Shown piece by piece: positions 22,988 to 33,888 of a stretch of DNA of 64,000 bases (positions are counted from its first letter, which is position 1; the number at the start of each line of letters is the position of its first letter). The position numbers and the translations under genes were made by a program. The notes under the pieces are model-generated. The model saw nothing but the letters and a program-made list of their open reading frames with translations, made no database searches and was not told the DNA's origin. The DNA comes from Mayamaea pseudoterrestris (taxonomy: Eukaryota), in assembly GCA_027923505.1 (NCBI GenBank), contig BROI01000024.1, positions 62,001 through 126,000 of the forward strand, in the 5' to 3' direction.

Positions 22988-24730
22988 CTACAAGACGATC
23001 CTGGTTAGTCGAATGTCGATACAAACCCTGAGCTGCCTCATCGCGACACTCTGGAGCTTCGACACGTGTAGTACTTGTGAGTTAAAGCCATTAGCTTGAC
23101 AAGCTTCTGCAATGATAGAGCAGCTTCTCCCACAGGATGGATACTTTTAGTTGATGGAAAGAATAAAATGAGTATAGCATACCTTTGCGACAAGTGTAAC
23201 AAACACCAGATTGTGTCGACATACCTCGTGGTCGGCGACAAAATCGAACCAGTGTATGTCAGCTTGCGCCTTCAGAACAGGCAACAAGGCAAGCAAGTAT
23301 GGAAGACCGCTCTTTCCGTCGCCAAGGTCGCCATCCTTGCTACCTTCCTTCGGCCGCGGTACTAGAACTCGATCGTAAAAACCTCGTTCTAGTGTGGGTA
23401 GAACTTCCAGGACATCACCTTCCATCAACTGTAGTCGCGCTGCTGCATTTGGAACCTTGACACTCTTGTTTCGTTCCAGCATGCGCTTGCCCCTGTGAGC
23501 GCATGTCATGGCCGTACTATTCACATCAATGGCCAACACCGAATTTGCTTCCGTCCGAGCGACAATGTGGAAAGCTTCCAATCCAACGCCACAAAATAAA
23601 ACCAAAACGTTTTCGCCTCGAGACACTTGCTGACAGAGGCGAAGTCTCTCACTGGCCATTCTCGGTGTGAAAAACGTGTGTTCCAAGTCCACCACACACT
23701 TGATACCGTACTCACTGTGAGTGGTAATCATTGGTGATCGGGACATACCAGCGACTACTGTCATTCCATCACACCCTGGCGCCCGCTGCACATTCTGTAA
23801 CGTGGAATCTCGAGCAACGACGAGCTTGATAGCCTTGTTCTTCCTCATGATTTGTTCGCCGATCCGTTGGCGTTCCAACTCGTCGTCGACATCCAACGCG
23901 TTGATGACGGCAATGTCGCCAATGACATCAAAGCTCCGAGGAGCAACAATACCTTCCTCTGTGCTCTGTTGCTGCAACATTATCATCTCATTGTCCAGTT
24001 CATACAGGATACTATCATCATCGTCCAAAACCATGTTTCGCGCCAAGTCGACAAAACCCTCAATCTTTCTCCAGTTGCGCTCATGTCGCTCATTCACCAG
24101 TTTGGCCAACCATTCGCACGAAAAGGTATCCACCAAGCTCCTTCCATCCAGAGTCGTGACTGGCATTTCCAATGCTTCATCTCCCAAGATCAAAACAAGG
24201 TATTTGCCGTCCTTCCAAGTGGTAAGGCCAACATTCTTGAAATATGGTCGAGCAGCCGCCATGAGTGCCCCGGCGGCAGACAAGTTACGACATGCAACGT
24301 GGAGGATAAAGGCCTCGTAGCGAAGCCAGATAATGGCGTCTTCGGAAGCAGCTGCAGTGTTCTGTTCATGTGGACTCGTTTGGCCGCTGGCTTTCAAAGA
24401 ATTTGCGCTCAAGTCATCAACATGAGCGGCATCATCCTTTAAGTTTGTCAGATTGAAATATTGTTTCGCATCATCAATCTTCTCATGAGACACTCGATAT
24501 CTTTTGAAATCATCCGTCGCTTTAATGCCTTGTCCTTGATACAAGTAGCATCGACCCGCGCAGGAGCTGGTGGTGTAAAATTCCGCAAAGGAATTAATGA
24601 CGCTGCAAATATCTACGGCGCGAGGGTCAATGCGGCCGGCGGAGCTCTTGTCGCGCTTTCCAAGACATTGGTTCTTGCTGTTTTCGAAATTATTAATGAT
24701 TTGTGTGGCGTTTCGTTGAGCAAGTGACAT
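22988..24730 (-). CDS. TYW3: tRNA wyosine-pathway fusion: N-terminal TYW3/Taw3 methyltransferase plus C-terminal Trm5-family (Trm5a/Taw22-like) SAM methyltransferase; 2 exons
   Basis: TYW3 motifs DKSSAGRID, YTTSSCAGR, FILHVACR. Trm5 D2/D3 motifs PRSFDVIGDIAVI, DLEHTFFTPRMASER, VLFCGVG, GDVLEVLP, DRVLVPRPK, HWFDFV. Intron 23144-23224 supplies the last exon ending RVCIDIRLTRIVL*. Confidence 0.88.
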
Positions 24731-24930
24731 GATATGGATTGAACCTTTTGGCCATGGTCGAATGGAGTTTTTGTGTGGTCGGTTTCGGCTCGAATGTCGC
24801 AAAGAGTCCCGGTACGATATGACGTGAGTACTTGTGCGACACTCACAGTGAACCTATTCGCACGAAACGCCGCTCCACCATGACTGCAAACACCTCACTT
24901 CACTACAAATTGCTTCTATTACTTACAACC

Positions 24931-26774
24931 ATGGCACCAATAGCTCCTAGCAAACTTCGATGGGCTGGTCGATTAGACATGTATCGCAAGATACCAGCCG
25001 ATTTGATGGAAGGCTCTCGCCGTGGCAGCTACTTGAGTTACGTGGCCGTCCTCGTTCTATTGACCCTCTTTCTACTGGAAACGGGCGCCTACTTTCGCAA
25101 GAAGCCTGTCATTGATTTGATGTTGGACACCAATAAAGACAAGCGTATTCGAGTCAATTTCAATATCACCATGATGGATCTTCCGTGCGAGTACACCGTC
25201 ATTGATCTTGTCAGCGTGCTTGGGACGGAGCAAAATGTTAGTTCCTATGTTTCCAAATGGCGAGTCGACGCCGCTGGAATTAGACAGCGATATCAAGGCA
25301 GAAACAGAGAGCAAAAGGATATTCAAATGTTTGATCCAGCGATTGGAAAGATAGGGGAAGAAGAGTTGTACAAGAATGGCGAATCGGCCATTAGTTTGAA
25401 TGCTGAAACCTTTGAGTATGCATTAAACGAGCAAGAGTAAGTGCGTCTTCTTGCAGACGATAAGAGTATGAGATGCCTGATTTCTCTTCAAACCAATCTA
25501 ATTCTTCCGTTTCTGTAGATACCTATTTGTTGACTTTTACGCCGGTTGGTGTTCACATTGCCGCGACATGGCTCCAACCTGGGAGACACTTGCACAAGTC
25601 ATGACAGATGTTGCCGAACAAATTGTCGATTCGCATAAACACGAGTACAACGAGGAGGAACTGGAGCATGCCAAGAAGCTTGAACTACCTGTCATGGTTG
25701 CCAAGGTGGATTGCGTGATACATGCGCAACTTTGTGCCGAGCAACGCATCATGGGTTATCCGACGCTGCGATTGTTTGTCGATGGAGAGCGATGGAGGGG
25801 TGGCGACTACGCTGAGCATCGCACTGTTGTTAATATGGTGGACTGGTTAGAGCAAATCGAACACGTGCACAAGACAGAGCTTGGAAGTGATGAAGCGAAA
25901 AATGTGGGCGTGGCAAGGAAATGTAAGTTGCACTCGAATGGCTTGCTTTGACGTATTTGTTGCTTTGGCACGCACTTCGTCCGTCATCACTTCTGTAGAC
26001 TCATTCATAATATTCTTCAGCCGCTCGAAAAAGAATGGGCCTTGACGCAGCTTCTGACTCGGAGAATGAATGGGCAGAAAAGGTGAAACGCCACAAGCAA
26101 TCGCTACATCACTCGTGGATAGACGACGAGCATCCTGGCTGTCAAATTGCGGGCCATTTGCTCATGGAGAGGGCGCCGGGCCATTTTGCCGTGATGGCTC
26201 GATCACCCCACCATGAGATTGAAGCCAAATTAACTAATGTTTCACATTTTGTACATGATCTGACGATTGGAGATCCCATCGCCTACAAAATGATCGAGCG
26301 ACAACAAGTTTCGGTGCCGCGGGATGTTCAAAAGAAGTTTACTCCCATGGATGGATTTGCATATGTCAACAGGGAGCTTCATGAAGCCTACCACCATTAT
26401 TTAAAGGTCATTACTACAGTAAGTACATTGAGGTGGGCTTGTCTTTTGCGCAGGCTGCAGACGTATCACATCATGTTATACCTTGTTACTTTGTGCAGGA
26501 CATTGACGGCTTGCGATACGGAAAGAAGGAGCTGAAAGCGTATCAAGTCCTTGAGTCGTCGCAATTGGCGTATTATCGCAACGACCAAATTCCATCCGCC
26601 AAGTGGATCCTTGATTTGTCGCCCATTGCTGTATCATACCGCACAACATCGCGGCACTGGTACGAGTATGTTACGTCAGTCATGGCGCTGGTCGGAGGGA
26701 CATTCACTGTCATTGGATTAATCGAAACGAGCGTTGGTGCTATTGTCAGCCGGAGAAAATCGCCCTATCGGTAA
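24931..26774 (+). CDS. ERGIC/Erv41-Erv46 family protein with inserted thioredoxin domain (PDI-C type); 4 exons
   Basis: ERGIC_N LDMYRKIPADL...VNFNITMMDLPC, thioredoxin VDFYAGWCSHC...GYPTLRLF, COPII-coated ERV domain GCQIAG...HHYLKVI...LSPIAV...LVGGTFTV. Introns 25437-25518, 25923-26020, 26419-26498. Confidence 0.9.
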
Positions 26775-27049
26775 AGTTATATTAGCTACATTTACGCGCA
26801 ATATGTGTCTCTTGTCCCGTTGACCAATTTACTACCCCTGCAAATTTGACACAGCTAATGATGCTACCGAGTCGCATGGGTGCAGCGTCTCCGTAGCGTG
26901 TACGGTCCACGATAGCGTGCCAGTTAATATTGTTTAGCAGCGCCATGCTATCATGAAAAAGCTGCTGTCCACGCTGCCACTTGCATCCAGTGACACGACA
27001 CCAAGCGTCGAGTTGTTGATAGGTCTCCAGTGCTAGAACAAATAGAGGC

Positions 27050-27760
27050 ATGCCAAACATTACCTCAACTACCCGTCAAAGGACATTGCGAAAGAAGGCG
27101 ACCATGCATCGATCGAATTGGATCGCAAGATTGAAAAAATGCTTCAAAAAGCACGGTGACATGGGCATGGTCGATGGTACAAAGAGCCCTTTGCTCGATA
27201 GATACAATGAACGTTTCAGCCACGAAGATGATTCAAGCTTTGCAGTGTATAGTCCAAGACGTGATGCAACCACCGACGTCAGCGATTGTTTACGAGAACA
27301 GATACAGACTCCGACAAGTAATGTCAAGGACAATTCGTCTCGAGAAACTCCGGAGCCAATAGTCGAAGATCGACCCAAGCGTTTACTTGGTCCGTACTCC
27401 GCCAATGTTAAAGGAACGAGCAAACGGGATAGCTGGCCGCCTGTCGCGGACAAAGTTGTTCCACCAACCCAAAACCCATCAAGTAGGCCTGAGCTGACTG
27501 TGAAAGCCAAGACCGTAGCACCTGCAAGAGAACCTCCAATGCTTGTACCAAATCGAACCGTGGACTCTTTTGGGGGCTCACTGGAAAGTATTGATTCACT
27601 TGCTGAGTCTTACTGGGATCCTGAAGACGATTCAATGCTTTCACAGCCAGGCACATCGAGCGATGTCGACCGATCAAGGCAATTCTTTAGCGAACACGTG
27701 AATTTTCTCAAGGTGCAGACTCAGCCGCGACAGGTCGAAGTGGTCTGGACTAAGACGTAG
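27050..27760 (+). CDS. Hypothetical low-complexity protein
   Basis: 236-aa ORF filling the gap between two genes. Ser/Pro-rich, no recognisable domain, start codon uncertain. Confidence 0.55.
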   Translation: MPNITSTTRQRTLRKKATMHRSNWIARLKKCFKKHGDMGMVDGTKSPLLDRYNERFSHEDDSSFAVYSPRRDATTDVSDCLREQIQTPTSNVKDNSSRETPEPIVEDRPKRLLGPYSANVKGTSKRDSWPPVADKVVPPTQNPSSRPELTVKAKTVAPAREPPMLVPNRTVDSFGGSLESIDSLAESYWDPEDDSMLSQPGTSSDVDRSRQFFSEHVNFLKVQTQPRQVEVVWTKT

Positions 27761-27788
27761 TACGATAAATTCTTTTATAAATGACGTT

Positions 27789-29150
27789 TTATCCTTGGCG
27801 AGCACTAACACTACCTGACTGCAGTGACATGGCGTTCAAAACCACTCGCACTTCGCCAAGCATCCTCACTACCTCTAGTTGCAATGCATCGACGCCCTGA
27901 CCTTCATGGATGCTGAGCTGGATGTAGGGAGCTCCATTCAATATCTCCTCGTATGCCTCTAGCGCGCCGTCTGTTATACCAAGGTCAACCTTACTCACTA
28001 CATCCATCCATGGCCGATTGGGAAATCTTTGTCTCACTTGTTTCCGTAATTGCAACTGATGATCCACGGAGGAACATTGATCGCCCGCCAAGCCGGAAAG
28101 ATCGACAACGTACATGACCGCCGTCGGCAAGTGTTGCAGCGCGGCCAGTGTCAATGCCTCCATTTCATTGCGATCTGCCTCATCATCTCGTACCAACAAA
28201 CCAGGACTGTCCATGACTTGACACTGCTCCGATGTGACTACATCAAAGATGCGATCTTTATCTTTTAAATTATTCGTTCCGTCCCAATTGACCGTTACAT
28301 GCCCCAGCGTCATGCCCCGCGTTGTGAACGGATAGTTGTTCACCTCGGGTGTCGCTGACGAAATGGCTCGCACAATGGACGACTTGCCAACATTTGGTGC
28401 ACCAACCAAGACGACGGCTGGTGAGTCCAAGGCAACGATCGGAGCTGTTCGAAGGGATCGCTGGAGCTTGACAATGCCAGCCACTGGCGGAGCTGCAAAC
28501 TGCTGAAACAATGACACAAGACTATCGGTTGCTTCCATTAGACAGTCATTCACTTCTCTTGCTGATTCGGCACTCTTTGCTTTCGCAATCCAATCCTTGG
28601 AAGCTTCCAGCACCATCTTGCGTCCCTCATGAATTTCATTCAGCACCACTTGCAGCGTCAAGCCATCCTTCTTTTCTCTAGCGCGCGCCGTCAAATCGGC
28701 AACGACGCGTTCGAACGGATGCAGCTTTTTCCACTCCGACTGATATCCCTGCACCAAGTCGCGAAGTGGCAAGCAGAGTGACTGCTGCAGCGTAATGATG
28801 GATTCCGTCGCGTGCTTGCGTGCCCGGAGTCGGGCATTCTTCAAGTTTGCATCCGGTTTGACGCGGTAAGCTTGCTTCCGAGCGCGACTAATGAGTTCGT
28901 TGGGAGGATTGACGACGGGTAATCGACGTAGACCGCCAGTGTTGCGTGGTTTTGCTGTTTGATTGGTGCGATTGGGAGCAGATGGTGTCGCAGGTTTCGT
29001 CGAGAAGAGAACCTGGCGGTGAAACGCTCGTATCCTACGACTCGCTTGTGTTGTTTGCGGAATGAATGCATTTAGACAGATCATGTGAAATAGCAGAAGC
29101 CAGACTGACAATACTAGCCTGCGAATGTCTCGATGATGACGAGCCATCAT
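27789..29150 (-). CDS. NOG1-like (Obg/HflX superfamily) GTPase, probably plastid-targeted
   Basis: G1 GAPNVGKSS, G2 YPFTT, G3 DSPG, G4 SKVD. NOG1 helical N-domain LHPFERVVADLT and RNEMEALTLAALQHL. The signal peptide ends in LNA-FIP. Confidence 0.88.
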   Translation of the reverse strand: MMARHHRDIRRLVLSVWLLLFHMICLNAFIPQTTQASRRIRAFHRQVLFSTKPATPSAPNRTNQTAKPRNTGGLRRLPVVNPPNELISRARKQAYRVKPDANLKNARLRARKHATESIITLQQSLCLPLRDLVQGYQSEWKKLHPFERVVADLTARAREKKDGLTLQVVLNEIHEGRKMVLEASKDWIAKAKSAESAREVNDCLMEATDSLVSLFQQFAAPPVAGIVKLQRSLRTAPIVALDSPAVVLVGAPNVGKSSIVRAISSATPEVNNYPFTTRGMTLGHVTVNWDGTNNLKDKDRIFDVVTSEQCQVMDSPGLLVRDDEADRNEMEALTLAALQHLPTAVMYVVDLSGLAGDQCSSVDHQLQLRKQVRQRFPNRPWMDVVSKVDLGITDGALEAYEEILNGAPYIQLSIHEGQGVDALQLEVVRMLGEVRVVLNAMSLQSGSVSARQG

Positions 29151-29347
29151 GGTGATGAATGATGGCGAGAAATGCAAGAATCGAATGATGATAGGCGATC
29201 AAATCGCTCCGGTACTCGAAGTCGACCGACGGACAGACGAGCGATGGATCGCCGCTTCATCGGCACCGATGAATGATGTGTCACTCCTGCTCGCTCGGCC
29301 TTGATGAGCATCGTCACAAGTTTGTAGCTGTTACGACGAGTACGTCC

Positions 29348-31578
29348 ATGGCAGCCAGTCGCAAGCGCCGGGTCGGTTCGGCTCTAAACGGAGCCGACGC
29401 TGCTTCCAATGGCTTTGACGTTTACAATGTGCAGGGTGACGCCATGGCCGCTCTGGCGATCTTTCGCGCGCAGCAAACTGATAGCTTTGCAAGCAAATAC
29501 AATGAAGCGATATTGACGCATCTAACCGGAGGATCAGTTGAGAATGCTGCTTCAGCTGAGACTGGAGTGGAGCAATTGACTCGTCAATTGAATAAGCTTG
29601 AAACTGATTTCTTTGATGAGCAGTACCAGAATCATAATGGCAACTTGTCGTCACGCAAGCGCCGTCGGAACGAACTCATCGTCAGCTACAATCGCGCGCT
29701 CATATTACATGCGCAAGGCAAGTCTGACAAGGCGGCTGAAGTTTGCAAAAGCAAAATGGCGGATTTCTTGGCGTCCAATGTTGCTCCGCCGGAAGATTTG
29801 CTTCACGTGACATCCAGAATGGCGCTCCTACTGCTCGAATGCATCTTGGCCAAGGGAATCGAGGAGGATGCGGAACCTATTTTCAACTGGTTGGACAAGA
29901 TCGATTCTGAAAAGGATGCCCAACTCAAGTTTTTGCTAAATCTCTATCGAACGCGCTTCAACCTTTCGGAGATTGATGAATCCTCTGGCAAGCATTCTGA
30001 TAACAAGATTCGAGCGGCGAGAAAGGAATTAAAGCAGGCAATGGACTTGCTGCAGAACAAGCTTCGAACATCGTTTGGTGGAGAGACTGGATCCGTCGTA
30101 TCGTCGGCCAATTCCGAGGAAAATAATTCGACGCAGTCACCGATTGTTCGCGATCCGAGCCAAACACACCATGAATTGCAGATTCCGCAAGGTTACATTG
30201 TGTTGCAGCGACACAACCAGTCAGCGCTCAGTCTCAAGGCGCATTCGGAGCAGCTAAAGGGAAATGCGAAAAAGTCGCTCATACTTTGCAGTGAAGCACT
30301 CGCCGCGACGGCGTCGGACGCCGCCTATGAAGCCACGCATGCCAACAATTTGGCCATTGTCTACGAAACCAATGGCAAGCGTCACTTGGCGTTGCATGCG
30401 TTATCCAAGGGACTGGAAGCCTCTCGGAAGCAGCAGACAGACGCTACAGGAACTGCTGTTACTCCCGGCTCGGCGTACTTTTATCCAGACGGCACGGCCC
30501 GCCCGGATCACACGCTCGTCTTGATGCACAATGCCGCAATTTGCGCTCTACAAGCGCGGCGCTACCAGACGGCTTACGAGACCATGGCAATCTGCTTGAC
30601 TCAATCGCCCGTCTTTGGCAAGCAGTTTCGGTCCTGGCTGAGTTTGGCCGAGGCGTGCATCGGATTGTACGTTTCGGGCATTCAAAGTGACGATAAGTCG
30701 CAAGACAAGTACTTTAAGGCTCTCATGGTCAACGAGTAAGTAGCTATAGGGGTTATTTTCGTGGAGCTGGCGATCGAGCGTAGCACCGGTGCAGTATTTT
30801 GTAGTGTGTCTTCCATCAAGTTTCTAAATTGGCACCTTTTTGATTCAGTGAACCACGAGGAGTCATTGTCGACAATGATCTCTTCACGGATCATCCGGAA
30901 ATTGTTGACGAGACTGCTGTTTCAAAGCTCGGAAGCCCGGAGGATTTGGCTCAATTGGCGCGGAATCCGCTAATTCGCGCGCGTGCAACATTGAAGCAGG
31001 TCCTTGCGTCTGACAGTGCAGCATTGGGAGAAGACGGAGTTGCGTCGGTGCTGCTCATGCTGGCGTATGTGGAGCTTGCTTTTCGAAACTATGACATTGT
31101 GATCGTCTTGTGTAAGAAAGTTTTAGATAGCAATCCGGCGCCCAATAGCAAGGATGCGTTGGTGCGGGCATACAAGCGCCGAGCTGCTTCCGCTCGCATG
31201 TATGCGGCAGAGGCAAGTATTGAAATGGGGCATGTGATGAATGCAATGAAATACTTGGTTGGAGACGGGAAGGAAGACGCATTCGATCGCTTGGCATCGG
31301 ATTTGGGAGGTGTATCATTGGAAATGGCGGCGTCTGATGGCAACGATAAACTCCTTTTAGGTCGCGCCCAGAGTATGGTGAAAGCGTCTGCCAGCTCTAT
31401 CACCGCGAGCCTCGGAAACCTTTCAGCAGCCAAGCAATTAGCCATGTCTGCTCAAGCCGTGGAAGGTCTTAATGTTTCCAGCCGGGAACGTTCATCTGCG
31501 CGGCGGGCGCTGGTCTATGTTTTGCTCAAGAGCGGCCATCACGGGCCAGCGCTCGCTCTTTTGCGTAGTCTTCGCTAG
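29348..31578 (+). CDS. CNOT10: CCR4-NOT complex subunit 10-like TPR protein; 2 exons
   Basis: YNRALILH, NNLAIVY...HLALHALSKGL, MHNAAICAL, WLSLAEACIG and LAYVEL match the CNOT10 pattern. Intron 30736-30848 joins the two ORFs in frame. Confidence 0.8.
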
Positions 31579-31834
31579 TAATAAGCAAATAGTAGCATGA
31601 CTGTATGTTCTTTAAACAGTTTAGATCGCAGTGTACTTTAAAGTGACTCTCGTAGAACCCCGGCGAGCCGTGAAAGCTATCGGTATAAGCACACATGCTT
31701 AGCCCCTTGCATAAATAAGTTATAAAGCGTGGAGGTAAAGCTTGCGACGTCATTCATCTCTGTTTATGCTACTACGTGCAATGCGTGGAGTTAATGTAAT
31801 TCTTATGATAAATTGATGAACTAGTGATTATAGT

Positions 31835-33262
31835 TTAGGAGTCAAGACTCATTCTTCGCTGACGCTTGACGGGACGCGAAACCGAGGACTGGTCATCCGA
31901 CTCATCGGAAGAAGTGCTGTGAGAGGAAGCATCGAGCTTTGACTTTTCTCGAGGAAACCAAACGAAACCAAGGCTTTCCAGTGCATCTATGCGCTTCTTG
32001 GTAATGTGGGATTGCTTTCCCTCCATAAGTTTTCGATATTGTCGCCTTTGATGTTGAATCCAAGTGCCGAGCTTGGCAAACTCTGGATGGTTCGTTGAGA
32101 CGCTACTACACGAGCCCGTCAATTGTTTATACAAGGCCAGCTCCTTGAACCGATCGTTCCATGTAGCCTCATGCGTGTCCCAGCAAAAGCCAATGCGGTC
32201 CAGCTCACTTGCCCGCGTCGTATTCATATGCGACGGTCGTCCTTGCTTCCATAAAGCAAAGTGTCGGCGCTGCTCCTTGATCCACAAGCCAAGCTTGGGG
32301 AAGTCGGGATCGTCAATCGCGACGAAACAATGTCCGTTCCGCTTTTTGAATTCGACGAGGAGTGCCAGAGAACGGCTCCAAGCAGTTTCTTGCGCACTCC
32401 AGGCAAAATCAAGAGCTTGCAATATATTGATTCTCTCCGTGGTGATGCTTGAAGGTTTCCCGTCCTGATAGAGCTTGTACTGTTTGCGCTGAAGGTGGAA
32501 AAGAACGGAAACATTGTCAGTAAGTGTTGGTTATAGGGAAAATGCGGAGTCGCTACAATGTTCTAGCTCTATCTCCGGTAGGCTTACCTGCTCAGCAACC
32601 CAGGAAGCTAGGCGAGGATCTGGCGCGTACCCCCGAGGTACGATGCAATCACCGTGCTTCTTCTTGTAATCCTTGAGACGAGCGTAGACCATGAGCCACT
32701 TGGAATCTTTCTTTGAAAAATGCGTAGGTACAATCTGAGGACCGTTCTTGGCGACGGAAGTAGCATATGTAGTCGTGGTTTGATGGGAAATGTTGGAGGC
32801 ATTCGTAGCGTTGGAGACGCGGCGGCTCGAGGAGGCGACATCGGCATCTCGTCGACATATGGATGCATATCCTTCATCAGCTGGGCGTTCCAATGGAAGT
32901 ATGCTGGTCTGTCCGTTGATCGCAAGTTGAGTATGATGCAAGGCCAAAATGTCCGGGTTTGGATGAGACATTGCATGTTCGAGCAACAGCAGTCGCTGCT
33001 GAAACTCTCGCTTGACCTGGTTCTCGTGTTCTCGTATGAGCAGAAGCTGTAGCAGTTGATTTCTTCCAGCTTCATTTGAAGCATAAGAAAGGCTCGGCAT
33101 ATGCAGCATCGGAGACGGACGCGGTTGAACTTGGAGGAGATTTGCCTGCTGCAACTGCAGCAGCTGACGAACGCTCATGCTGCTAAAATGTTCCCAGCTG
33201 CTAATATCTGATACTATGGGCGTGTCCTTCGGCAAGATCGTTCGTTGGAAATGGTAGTTCAT
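31835..33262 (-). CDS. Protein with three helicase-associated (HA) domains and a Q/L-rich N-terminus; 2 exons
   Basis: Three W...L..(Y/F)K...G.C.V......L..W...QR...Y...I..L..LGF.W units. Intron 32489-32587. Confidence 0.88.
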
Positions 33263-33888
33263 GGTTTGGAAGCAAATACAGTTCCTGTAAAGTCAACAAG
33301 ATGTTTCAAGTGGTTTCAAAGCGTTTTTGTGGCATCTGATTGTGCAACGCAGCCGCTGGCGAAGCCCAGTCACAGTTCCACACTCTTGAGCGTTCGAGAA
33401 TGATTTTTTTCCGTTTCCGTCGCAATATTTCACTGAATCGTCGGCCACGTACAGCGTCCGCCACTGAGTACGCATAGCTGAGCAGTTTCGGGCACAAAGA
33501 AGGCTTGGCAACGTCGCAGCTGATCTACTGGTCGTCGTTTGCCGATGTGGTATATCAGCCTATCTGACTTATCACGAAATGACTGCATTGGCTTAACTCG
33601 ATCTTGCAGGAGGGGCAATATCTCCTCGCTTCTGCTCCATGAAAACATGTCACGCGTCCGTTCTGCTCACGCACAAATCGGACGCTTCCGCCGAAACAAT
33701 CCTGCGTGGTAGCTCGAGTAAAACTACGCTCGTGGAATCCGAACGTCGCTTATGTTTGTATGTATTGGTAGAAGCTTTTACTATCTGCTCCTCCATAGCT
33801 TAGTACTATGCGCTCAACAACATCTCTCGCACAGTTTTATAGTTCATAGGCAACGATCAATGCGATATATTACAAAACTAGCACAAAT

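Noticed and set aside
30761..30973. 70-aa ORF as a CNOT10 middle exon
   Set aside because: It is in the wrong frame and ends in a stop. The acceptor at 30848 gives a continuous frame into the final exon.
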